A stretch of DNA of 64,000 nt from positions 1,024,001-1,088,000 of the forward strand of contig OZ242214.1 in the NCBI GenBank assembly GCA_965206595.1. Direction: 5' to 3'. Under the pieces are notes generated by a model, which was not told the DNA's origin, did no database searches, and saw only the letters and a program-made list of their open reading frames with translations. Positions 26,563-35,986 of the stretch are shown here, one piece after another (position 1 is the first letter of the stretch; each line of letters starts with the position of its first letter). The stretch comes from Candidatus Latescibacterota bacterium (GTDB lineage Bacteria; Latescibacterota; UBA2968; UBA8231). The position numbers and the translations under genes were made by a program.

Positions 26563-27383
26563 ATGAGTGACCTGAAGATCCGGAGACTGCGCCTGCGCAA
26601 TTGGAAAAACTTCGCCGACATCGAGGTCGCCATAGAGGGCCGCGTGTTTCTCGTAGGGCCCAACGCATCGGGAAAATTCTTGGGTGGCGATGTTCCAGGA
26701 GATAACCAGGTCGAGGAGTGGCTCTTGAACCTGAGACTGGCCGCGATCTCCCCGGAGTGGACGGCCGTAACCATGGACGGGATGCTGCTGTTCGGGAAGA
26801 ATCCCAAGCGGTTCCTTCCTCAATCAGGCATCCGGGCCATCTGCTATTTCGGCGAGAACCCGGATAATACTTTCCGTGCCGATGAGGACCTGAAAGGACC
26901 ACTGATTCCACTGCGTGGTCGAGACGGTTCCCTGATGGAGTCAGGGCTGGTCGATCAGGCTTGGGATTTCGTGCGGCGAAATACGACGACGGCGGGCTTG
27001 GAAGGCGCCGGGAAATCAATGCCTTGGAATATCCGGAGAGCGTGATCAGGGAAGCCGTAGGGAACGCCCTCGTCCACCGCGACTACGGCATCGCAGGTGC
27101 GGAGGTTATGTTGGCCATCTTCACGAATCGCCTGGAAGTCGTAAGTCCCGGGAACCTGCCCCATATGCTGACGCCCGAGAAAATTGCCTCCGGCGCGCGC
27201 CACGCGCGAAACCAGACGCTGGTAAACGTGATGCGCGATTATGGATACGTCGATCCCAGCGGCATGGGGGTGCGGAAAAAGATCATCCCCGGAATGCGCG
27301 CCCACAACGGGACCGAGCCCGATCTGATCGAGGAGGAGCACCGCTTCACCGTGCGCTTGTGGAAGGAGCGTAGCCCAGTGTAA
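26563..27383 (+). pseudogene. Chimeric remnant: ABC/AAA ATPase N-terminus fused to a frameshifted HATPase_c_4 (RecG-C-like) protein C-terminus
   Basis: LRLRNWKNF...LVGPNASGK breaks after Walker A; then GMLLFGKNP..FLPQS; frameshift near 27010 into EYPESVIREAVGNALVHRDY...RLEVVSPG...RNQTL. Confidence 0.7.
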
Positions 27384-27536
27384 TGGAACGCAATTGTCCT
27401 GCTCGAAAGACCGATTCTCCCTCGGCTGGTCCCAATTGGCATCCATGGTCACCCGGAGCCGAAAGGCGCGGCCTGAAGATCGCGTCATTCCCGAAGAGTC
27501 GATTGAGGCTTCGATAAGCATCCGAGGAATTGTACA

Positions 27537-29673
27537 ATGCATGAAGTGAGATCGATTCAGGACCTGTTGAGCCAGATCGGCCGCGGTGAAATCCTGCTCC
27601 CCGAGTTTCAGCGCGGCTATGTCTGGAATCGAGACCAGGTGCGGGGGCTGATGCAGTCGCTCTATCGGAAGCACCCCACCGGACACCTGCTGATCTGGCG
27701 CACCTACAAGCCGTCCCTGGTTCGCGGCACCGAGGCGCCGTCTGACCGGGCATTCCCTGTTGCTGCTCGATGGGCAGCAGCGCCTGACGACCCTCTACGT
27801 GCTGTTCAGAGGGGAGGCACCGCTGTTCTACGAAGGGGAATCCCTGTTCTTCGACCTCTACTTCAACATCCAGACCGAGGAGTTCATGTTTTGGCAGAAG
27901 TTGCGCATGGAGAACAACCCGGCCTGGATCGAGGTCCACGAATTTCTGCGCGAAGGGTTGACCGGGCTGCTGGAACGGCTCGAAACCCTTGAGGAGGAAC
28001 GGCGCGCCCTCATTCAGCAGAATCTTTCCCGCCTCAGTCGCCTCGACCAGGTCCGCAACTACACCTACACGGTCGATCAGGTGTCCGGGGACGATTTCAC
28101 CGTTGAGGAGGTCGTGGACATCTTCAACCGGGTCAACAGCAAGGGCACACCCCTCACGAGAGCGGACCTCGCCCTCGCGCACGTCTGCAGCATCTGGCCG
28201 GAGGCGCGGGCGGAATTGCGAGTCTTCAGCACGGAGATGGGGAAGCTCGGCTTCGAGGTAGATCTCAATTTTCTGGTGCGCTGCCTGGCAGGGGTGGCCA
28301 CCGGCTCGATAGTGCTCGAGGGCTCCTTCATGAGGACTCCCGCAGAGACCTTGAAGTCCGCATGGGAAAGGATGCAGCCGGCGTTCGAGCACCTGGTGGG
28401 GATTCTTCGGCACGAGACCTTCATCGCAGGTCTCGACGACCTGCCGACCAACAACGTCCTCGTTCCGGCCACAATCTACCTGGTGGGGCAGGGTGGGCGG
28501 TTTCCGACCGACGCCATCAAGCGCCGCTTCATCCCTTGGCTCCATCTGGCCGGTCTGTGGGCGCGCTATTCAGGGGCCAGCGAAACCAAGCTCCAGCAGG
28601 ACGTCGCACTGGTGGCCGGACGCGACCTCGATCCGACTCACGAGCTTGAGGCTGCCATCCTGCGAGAACGCGGCCGGGTCACTCTGGAGGCGTCGGATCT
28701 CGACCGGGCGCGCATCAACTCAGCGGTGGTGCTCCTCAGCCGCGTCGTCGCCCGCGCACGCGACGCCAGGGACTGGTTCACCGGCATCCGCATCTACGAC
28801 CCTGCGGTGGGGCGGAGCGAGGGCGAGGAGCGCCACCTGATCTTTTCGAGAAACCTGATGAAAGCGGCCGGATTCAAAGACCAGGAGCGGACCAGGGCGG
28901 TGGCCAACCGGGCCTTCCTGGGGCAGAAACCGCCTCAGCAGTACCGGAATGCCTCGCCCGAGGAGTATCTGCCGGAGGTGCAGGAGAATCAGCCGGGCGC
29001 GTTGAAGGCGCAGTCGGTTCCCATGGACCGGGAGCTCTGGAAGCCCGAACGCTTCCTCGATTTTCTGGCTGCTCGCCGGCGCCTGTTGGCGGAGGCGATG
29101 AACGAATTCATTGCAAGCTGGATTCCCGAGATCGAGCCCGGTGCCGTTGACGAGGATGGCGTTCGGCGCCTGATGGCGGAGGACGAAGGTGAGAACCTGG
29201 AGTTCAAATCGAGCCTGCGCTGGGACCTGAGGGAAGAGCGAATCAGCAAGGATATCGAACACCTGGTCGTCAAGACCCTGGCAGGATTTCTGAACGCGCA
29301 GGGTGGCACGCTTCTGGTCGGAGTCGACGACGCCGGCGGGGCTGTCGGACTCGGTGCCGACTACCGCACGCTCAAGAAGCGCGACCGTGACGGTGTCGAG
29401 AAACGGCCCCGTGACGTATTCGAGCTGCACCTGCAGGGACTGGTGGTCCGCAATCTAGGCGAGGCCGCCTCCTCGGCTTTCCTGACGGTCAACTTCCACG
29501 AGATCGACGGCGAGGACATCTGCCAGATCACCGCCGAGCCGAGCGACCACGCGATCTACGTGGACCATCAGAACGAAGCCGTCTTCTATTTGCGTACCGG
29601 CAACGGGACCAGGGCGCTTCCTGTGGACGAAGCCGTCAAGTACGTGCAAAGCCGATGGGGGGGATCAGGTTGA
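27537..29673 (+). pseudogene. DUF262 (GmrSD-like) protein fused to a Schlafen/AlbA_2 domain; one +1 frameshift near 27746
   Basis: LPEFQRGYVW (ORF 27537), LLDGQQRLTT and FNRVNSKGTPL (ORF 27760), LEFKSS...LAGFLNAQGGTLLVGVDD; removing one C in GACCGGG restores a single frame (may be a sequencing error). Confidence 0.8.
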
Positions 29674-29782
29674 ACCCTGCGTCTTCCCCTTCTCGAAAGG
29701 GCAGCCCAACTCACTCTCGCCTTAGTTACGCGGGTCATGGTTCAGCAATTGACTAAAGTGGTCCAGTAAAAAGTAGCTTCGC

Positions 29783-31057
29783 ATGCAGAGCGGCTCGTCA
29801 AATAACCAGGACTTAACCTTCGTGAGGCGTTTCCTAAGCGATCTCGTGAACAACGCATCTCCTTACCGAGGCGTTCCAAGGAGTTATTTGTGGTCGCAAA
29901 GGGGCGAAGGATCGATGTTCCTGGAGCCGGAGACACTGGCAGAATACAGGGAAGTTCGTCAGAAACTGTTGAATAAGTTCGCCCCTGACGAAGATCTTTC
30001 AGAGTCAGCCATTGATTCGGCGCTTAGGACCGCCGTTTTCGAAGTTGTCGATATTCCCAAGCGCCGCGATCAGGATCTGTCAATGCGGTTGGATCACGCG
30101 CTGAGGAAGTTGCAGACATTTCTGGCGAATCCATCTGAGGAGTATGAGTGTTGGATTGAGGTTGGGGGCTTGGACCTTGATTCCCTACCCGCCTGTTTTG
30201 GGGGCGTTCGCTTCGTTGTATTTGGAGCAGAGCAGATTCAGAACCTCAAGGAAGCAGGCCAAAGGAAACACTTAATCGGGCAATTAGAGGGGTTCATCGA
30301 TCTATTACCAGACCGTCTATTAGATCGCTCAACTGCAGTCATGAAAGTCAGCGCACGCGATGCGAAGGCGGCCCTGTCTCTAGCCGAGCGCAAGATTCGT
30401 GCCATTATCGAATGTCTGAACTTCTTCTCGGACACGATTCCTGGTTATCATGGATCGCTCTACTTGCCCACCAATCAAGAATCGCCCAGTGGGGTTGCGC
30501 GTTTGGCCGTCGCTGACAGTGGAAATATGTACACCGATTATTCTGACGACAGGCCGGTAGGGATTTTTTCTATTGGTGAGGTTCGCGAAAGTGCTGAGGG
30601 GAAGGTTCGCGGTGCGTTTGACCGCGTGGAGTCTTTACTCGAAGAAAGCAGGAATGAAGTAGAGGAATTGCTGCTGACAGCTGTCCGTTGGGCAGGAAGA
30701 GCAACTGTAGCAAGGACACGGGAGGAGACATTTCTGCTGTTTGCGATTTCTTTAGAATGCCTGGTCCTGCCGACGGAGAAGGACGAACTAAGGTATCGCC
30801 TGTCTCAGCGTGTCGCGCGGCTATGTGGAGAGGATATGGATCAGAGGCTGGAATTGGCTAAGATAACAAAAAAACTATATGACGTCCGGTCGAAGATCGT
30901 TCACAGCGGTCATTACGAGGTAACAGAGGATGAGCGCGATGAGATTCGAATTGCCGCAAGAGTTGTGATTCTCAGATTGCTCACGGATCCAGATGTTAAG
31001 CAGTACGGCAAGCCAAACAAATTACACGAATACTTCGAAAGGCTAACGCTCAGGTAG
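29783..31057 (+). CDS. ApeA-like HEPN domain protein
   Basis: FLLFAISLECL...LRYRLSQRVARL...KLYDVRSKIVHSG (RxxxxH); AT-richer than its neighbours. Confidence 0.75.
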   Translation: MQSGSSNNQDLTFVRRFLSDLVNNASPYRGVPRSYLWSQRGEGSMFLEPETLAEYREVRQKLLNKFAPDEDLSESAIDSALRTAVFEVVDIPKRRDQDLSMRLDHALRKLQTFLANPSEEYECWIEVGGLDLDSLPACFGGVRFVVFGAEQIQNLKEAGQRKHLIGQLEGFIDLLPDRLLDRSTAVMKVSARDAKAALSLAERKIRAIIECLNFFSDTIPGYHGSLYLPTNQESPSGVARLAVADSGNMYTDYSDDRPVGIFSIGEVRESAEGKVRGAFDRVESLLEESRNEVEELLLTAVRWAGRATVARTREETFLLFAISLECLVLPTEKDELRYRLSQRVARLCGEDMDQRLELAKITKKLYDVRSKIVHSGHYEVTEDERDEIRIAARVVILRLLTDPDVKQYGKPNKLHEYFERLTLR

Positions 31058-31116
31058 ATCATGGAAGATATTTGGCGATTTTTTCGAGTTATGTGCAGAC
31101 GAGTGTGTTGTTCTCA

Positions 31117-34071
31117 ATGATTCCCAGAGAATGCAAGCGACTCGCCGAGGTGGACTTTCCCATTGCCGAGGTTTCCAGGCACGCGGCGAGGGAGAAGTCC
31201 ATTCGGCACGGACATCCGAGCACGCTGCACCTGTGGTGGGCGCGGCGGCCGTTGGCCTCGTCGCGGGCGGTGTTGCTGGCGCTGTTGCTGCCGGATCCTT
31301 GCGACCCGAAATGCCCCGTGGCGTTCAAGCGGCAGGCACGGGAGATCCTGCGGGAGGTGCGACAGCCGCCGGTGGATGACGCAGACCTGCGCAAGGCGTT
31401 GCTCTGGTTCATCGCCAACTTCGCAAACTGGGACATGGCGGCGCATCCGGTCTATCTGCGGGTGGGGCGCAACCTGGTGAAGGCGGCGCACGGCGAGGAG
31501 ACGCCCCTCGTGGTGGACCCGTTTGCGGGCGGAGGCTCAATTCCGCTGGAGGCGTTGCGGCTGGGCTGCGAGGCGTTCGCCAGCGATCTGAATCCGGTGG
31601 CGTGCCTGATTCTCAAGGTGATGCTGGAGGACATCCCGCGGCACGGGGCCGGGCTGCCCGAGGAACTGCGCCGGGTCGGCGGCGAAATCAAGCGGCAGGC
31701 GGAGCAGGAGCTGGCCGATCTGTATCCCAAGGACCCGGACGGGGCGACGCCGATTGCCTATTTGTGGGCGCGCACGGTGCGCTGCGAAGCGCCCAACTGC
31801 GGCGCGGAGATTCCGCTGATGCGTTCGTTCTGGCTGTGCAAGAAGGCCAAGCGCAAGCGGGCATTGCGGCATCGAGTCGAGCGGTGCGAAGGGGAGCCAC
31901 CGAGCGTCGAGTTTGAGGTGTTCGAGCCGGAGGCGGATAGAGAGGTGCACGGCGGCACGGTGACGCGAGCGCGAGCGACTTGTCTGTGCTGTGGCGCAGT
32001 GCTGCCGCCGGAGCGGGTACGGGCGCAGCTTGCGGCCCAACGGGGCGGCGCGGATGTGATTTTCGACGCGGACGGGCGGCGGACGGGTGGGGCGCGGATG
32101 ACGGCGGTGGTGACGCTCAAGCCTGGGCAGGTGGGGCGGCACTATCGGATGCCTACGGGTGCGGACTACACGGCGGTGCGAAGGGCTCAGGAGCGGGTAG
32201 CGCGGATTCTGGAGGAATGGGAGAGGGGCGGGAAACAGGGGCTTTGCCCGGTGCCGGATGAGCCGTTGCCGCCGATTGGTACATTGGGCTTCCGTGTACA
32301 ACGCTACGGGATGCTCCAATGGGGCAACTTGTTTACGGCGCGGCAGAAAGTGGCTTTTACCATTCTGAGCGAGGCTATTTCGTTAATAGCGATAGATAAA
32401 TCGTTCAAAGGGCTTCTGGCAATGCTCTGCACGAAACTGGCTGACCGGTGCAACAGCCTTGTGAATTGGAGCCTCGGCGTCGAATGCCCTAATCAACTCT
32501 TTAAGGGCAATGCGATTCCAATAGGTTGGGACTTCGGAGAAAGCAATATCCTAAGCGACTCATCTGCTTCAATTGAACAGACACTAGAAAATATAACTCG
32601 TAACGTGAAAGCCACAGTGATTGAAGGCGCTCAAGTCGGAGCAATCCAACCGGCCGACGCCACCGACCACCCCTTACCTGATCAAACTGCTATGATCTGG
32701 TTCACCGACCCACCCTACTACGACGCAGTTCCCTACGCCGATCTTTCCGATTTCTTTCTTGTATGGTTCAAGCGTGGGCTGCCAGATCACCCGCTGTTAC
32801 GCGATCCTTTCGACTCGGACAATCCACTCTCGCCGAAGACTGCTGAGGCGGTGCAAGACGAGACTAAACAGGATGAAGGTAAACCCAAGGACCGCGATTG
32901 GTTTGAGGAGACTATGGCGAAAGCCTTCGCCGAGGGCCGTCGTGTGCTCAACGAAGACGGCATCGGCTCGGTCGTCTTCGCTCACAAAACTACTGAGGGC
33001 TGGGAAGCGCTGCTCTCCGGCATGATTCGCGGAGGTTGGACGATCACCGGCTCTTGGCCAATCGCCACCGAGAGGGTGTCGCGTCTCCGCGCCCGCGATT
33101 CCGCCGCCCTTGCCACCAGCGTCCACCTCATCTGCCGCCCGCGTCCCGAGGACGCCCCTATCGGCGACTGGGCCGATGTCCTGCGCGAACTGCCGATCCG
33201 CGTCGCTGACTGGATCGAGCGCTTGCAGACCGAAGGCATCCGCGGTGCCGATCTGGTCTTCGCCTGCATCGGCCCGGCGCTCGAAATCTTCAGCCGCTAC
33301 CGCGCCGTCGAAACCGCCGAGGGCGATATAATCGGCCTGCCCGATTACCTGGAGAAAGTCTGGGAAGTAGTCGGCCGCGCCGCGCTGCAACGGGTACTCG
33401 GCACTGCAGAGGCGCAAGCCCGCAACGGCCTGTCCGGCGCGCTGGAAGAAGACGCCCGCCTGACCGCGCTCTTCCTGTGGACGCTCCAGAGCACGGCCCC
33501 TGTTGCAGAGAATCAGGAACAAGACGACGAGGCCGACGAAGAAGCCGTCGCCAAGGTAGCAGCCACGGGATTTGCGCTCCCCTTCGACGTAGTGCGCCGC
33601 TTCGCCCAGCCCATGGGCATTGACCTCGACACCTGGACCGACCGCATCATCGGCCAGGAAAAGGGGGTCGTGCGCCTGCTGCCGGTTTCCGAGCGGGCAA
33701 GGAAGCTTTTTGGTGAAGAAGGGGCTGCGTCCGGCGCCGATAGGCTGGAGGAGTCCGCTGGTCGCAGGGAGCCGCTACAGCAGGAGCTATTCTCCGACCG
33801 GGCGGAAGACGCGGCTCTTTTGGTGAGGGAGAGGAGGCCCGAATACGGAGCCGGGGAGGAAGGGTCCGGCGACACCACCCTCGACCGCATTCACCAGGCC
33901 ATGCTGCTCCAGTCCAGCGGCCACGCAAACGCCCTGCGGTCGCTGATCGGCGCCGAGCAGGAGCGCGGCCCCGGCTTCCTGCGGCTCGCCAACGCGCTAT
34001 CCGCCCTGTACCCGCGCGGCTGCGAAGAGAAGCGGCTTCTCGACGCCATGCTGCTGGCGGTGCCGCGGTAA
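31117..34071 (+). CDS. DUF1156 amino-DNA methyltransferase, HmaB-like
   Basis: REKSIRHGHPSTLHLWWARRPL, DPFAGGGSIPLE, TDPPYY, Zn-ribbon cysteines. Confidence 0.9.
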   Translation: MIPRECKRLAEVDFPIAEVSRHAAREKSIRHGHPSTLHLWWARRPLASSRAVLLALLLPDPCDPKCPVAFKRQAREILREVRQPPVDDADLRKALLWFIANFANWDMAAHPVYLRVGRNLVKAAHGEETPLVVDPFAGGGSIPLEALRLGCEAFASDLNPVACLILKVMLEDIPRHGAGLPEELRRVGGEIKRQAEQELADLYPKDPDGATPIAYLWARTVRCEAPNCGAEIPLMRSFWLCKKAKRKRALRHRVERCEGEPPSVEFEVFEPEADREVHGGTVTRARATCLCCGAVLPPERVRAQLAAQRGGADVIFDADGRRTGGARMTAVVTLKPGQVGRHYRMPTGADYTAVRRAQERVARILEEWERGGKQGLCPVPDEPLPPIGTLGFRVQRYGMLQWGNLFTARQKVAFTILSEAISLIAIDKSFKGLLAMLCTKLADRCNSLVNWSLGVECPNQLFKGNAIPIGWDFGESNILSDSSASIEQTLENITRNVKATVIEGAQVGAIQPADATDHPLPDQTAMIWFTDPPYYDAVPYADLSDFFLVWFKRGLPDHPLLRDPFDSDNPLSPKTAEAVQDETKQDEGKPKDRDWFEETMAKAFAEGRRVLNEDGIGSVVFAHKTTEGWEALLSGMIRGGWTITGSWPIATERVSRLRARDSAALATSVHLICRPRPEDAPIGDWADVLRELPIRVADWIERLQTEGIRGADLVFACIGPALEIFSRYRAVETAEGDIIGLPDYLEKVWEVVGRAALQRVLGTAEAQARNGLSGALEEDARLTALFLWTLQSTAPVAENQEQDDEADEEAVAKVAATGFALPFDVVRRFAQPMGIDLDTWTDRIIGQEKGVVRLLPVSERARKLFGEEGAASGADRLEESAGRREPLQQELFSDRAEDAALLVRERRPEYGAGEEGSGDTTLDRIHQAMLLQSSGHANALRSLIGAEQERGPGFLRLANALSALYPRGCEEKRLLDAMLLAVPR

Positions 34072-34079
34072 CCATTTCC

Positions 34080-35303
34080 ATGGCCGAACCCGTCCTCAGC
34101 CGGCTGGTAATGCAGCGTTTCCGCAGCCTTCCTTCGGAGCAGGTGGAATTCGACAATCCGACCTTTCTCGTCGGTCAGAACGGCTCGGGCAAGAGCAATT
34201 TCGCCGATGCCTTCGCCTTTCTCGCGGAGGCAATGGCCTCCCCACTGCAGGCCGTTCTCGAACATCGCGGGGGATTTTCCACGGTTGGCTATCGAAGCTC
34301 CGCCAGGGGCCGTCCGTCGAACCTGGGTCTTACGGTGGTGTTGAAAAACCCGGACAGGGATATCACCCAGGCTCGGTACGGATTTGAACTGCGCGCCTTG
34401 AGGGGCTACGGCTTCGAGGTCGTGCGCGAGCAATGTGCCGTATGGAGGGCTGACGGAAGGGGGGATTGGTTCGACCGCTCCACGTCCCCGAAAAATGACA
34501 GAACCAGTTGGGCAAGTACCACCGATTCCCTGGAGCCGGTCATGGAACCGAATGCCCTGGCCCTGCCTCTGGTCGGGGGGGACTCGCGCTTTCAGGCGGT
34601 TTCGCGATTCCTGTCCGAAATGTGTGTATACAGGATCGAGCCGGTAGTTCTCAGGGAGATGCAGGATCCGGACGGTGGTGTGCGCCTGCGTTCGGACGGC
34701 AGCAATGCCGCGAGCGTAATGCGCGAGATCCAACGAGGATCTCCCGACGCTTGGAAGCGAATCCTGGAGCTTCTTGAAACCATTGTCCCCGGGACCGTCG
34801 GCCTCCAGACCAAGAAACTAGGCAACATGCTGACGCTGGAGTTCGCCCAGGACTGGGGGAAGTCGGAGCCGGTGAAGTTCGAAGCGTACAACATGTCCGA
34901 CGGCACGCTGCGTGTGGTGGGGCTGCTCGCCGCCGTCTTTCAACATCCGGCCCCTTCGCTCCTCGTAATCGAGGAACCGGAGGCCACGATACATCCGGGG
35001 GCCCTCGGCTCGGTCCTCGACCTGTTGCGACACGCGGGCCGGTCCATGCAGGTCGTGGTGACGACGCACAGCCCCGACATCCTCGATGCGGAGTGGATCG
35101 AGGATCGCCACCTCCGGATTGCCGACTGGGACCAGGGAGGGACCCGTATCTGTCAAGTTTCACCGGCAACGCGTGCCGCCCTTGGCGAGCATCTGATGGG
35201 CGCGGGAGAACTGCTCCGCTCGAACGCTTTGACGCCCGAAGAGCTGTTCAGTCAGGATCCGAACAAGAACGAGTTGTTCGTGGAGGACCTCCCGTGGTGG
35301 TGA
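34080..35303 (+). CDS. ABC-type (AAA_21) ATPase
   Basis: GQNGSGKSN, MSDGTLR, LLVIEEPE..IHP, TTHSP. Confidence 0.88.
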   Translation: MAEPVLSRLVMQRFRSLPSEQVEFDNPTFLVGQNGSGKSNFADAFAFLAEAMASPLQAVLEHRGGFSTVGYRSSARGRPSNLGLTVVLKNPDRDITQARYGFELRALRGYGFEVVREQCAVWRADGRGDWFDRSTSPKNDRTSWASTTDSLEPVMEPNALALPLVGGDSRFQAVSRFLSEMCVYRIEPVVLREMQDPDGGVRLRSDGSNAASVMREIQRGSPDAWKRILELLETIVPGTVGLQTKKLGNMLTLEFAQDWGKSEPVKFEAYNMSDGTLRVVGLLAAVFQHPAPSLLVIEEPEATIHPGALGSVLDLLRHAGRSMQVVVTTHSPDILDAEWIEDRHLRIADWDQGGTRICQVSPATRAALGEHLMGAGELLRSNALTPEELFSQDPNKNELFVEDLPWW

Positions 35304-35923
35304 TTCAGCCGATCGTCGAAGGCCACGGGGACGTTGCCGCGTTCCCGGTACTGCTGCGTCGTTTGGTCGAAGAAGCTCAAGCCTGGGAGGTCGGCATCGG
35401 ACGGCCGATCCGAAGACGACGTAATCAGCTTGTGGAAAAGGCCGAGGTCGAGCTGGCTGTTCGGCTCGCCCTGCTGCAACCGGACTGTGGCGGCAGTCTC
35501 ATTCTGTTCGACGGCAACTCCGATTGCCCGGCGGAGTTGGGACCAACCATACAGGCCTGGGCTACAGCAGCGGCTGGCCGCGTGCCCTGTGGAATCGTCA
35601 TCGCACATCGGGAGTACGAGGCCTGGTTTCTGGCCGCGATTGAATCGTTGCGAGGATATCGCGGGATCAGGGGCGACGCCGAGCCTCATCCGGCCCCGGA
35701 AGGACCTCGTGACGCCAAAGCGCAACTGGAAACCCGGATGACCATTGGCACGAGCTACCTTGAGCGCACCGACCAACCGGCGTTCAGCGCGACGTTTTCG
35801 TTGGCCGATGCCTACCGCGGTTGCAGATCTTTTCGAAAGCTCTCCGATTCATTCGGATTCCTGGTCCGTTCCATGGGGAAGGAAATAGGTGCGTGGCCTC
35901 CCCCCGCCTGGACCGGGACTTGA
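35294..35923 (+). CDS. DUF4276 family protein (TOPRIM-like)
   Basis: PIVEGHGD...LILFDGNSDCP...EYEAWFLA...CRSFRKL; overlaps the ATPase stop (GTG start at 35294-35300). Confidence 0.75.
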   Translation: MVVIQPIVEGHGDVAAFPVLLRRLVEEAQAWEVGIGRPIRRRRNQLVEKAEVELAVRLALLQPDCGGSLILFDGNSDCPAELGPTIQAWATAAAGRVPCGIVIAHREYEAWFLAAIESLRGYRGIRGDAEPHPAPEGPRDAKAQLETRMTIGTSYLERTDQPAFSATFSLADAYRGCRSFRKLSDSFGFLVRSMGKEIGAWPPPAWTGT

Positions 35924-35986
35924 GCTGGAGTAATGAGATGGCTCCCCGGATGAAATCGAGAAACGAGAAAAGAGACAGGAGCTGAA

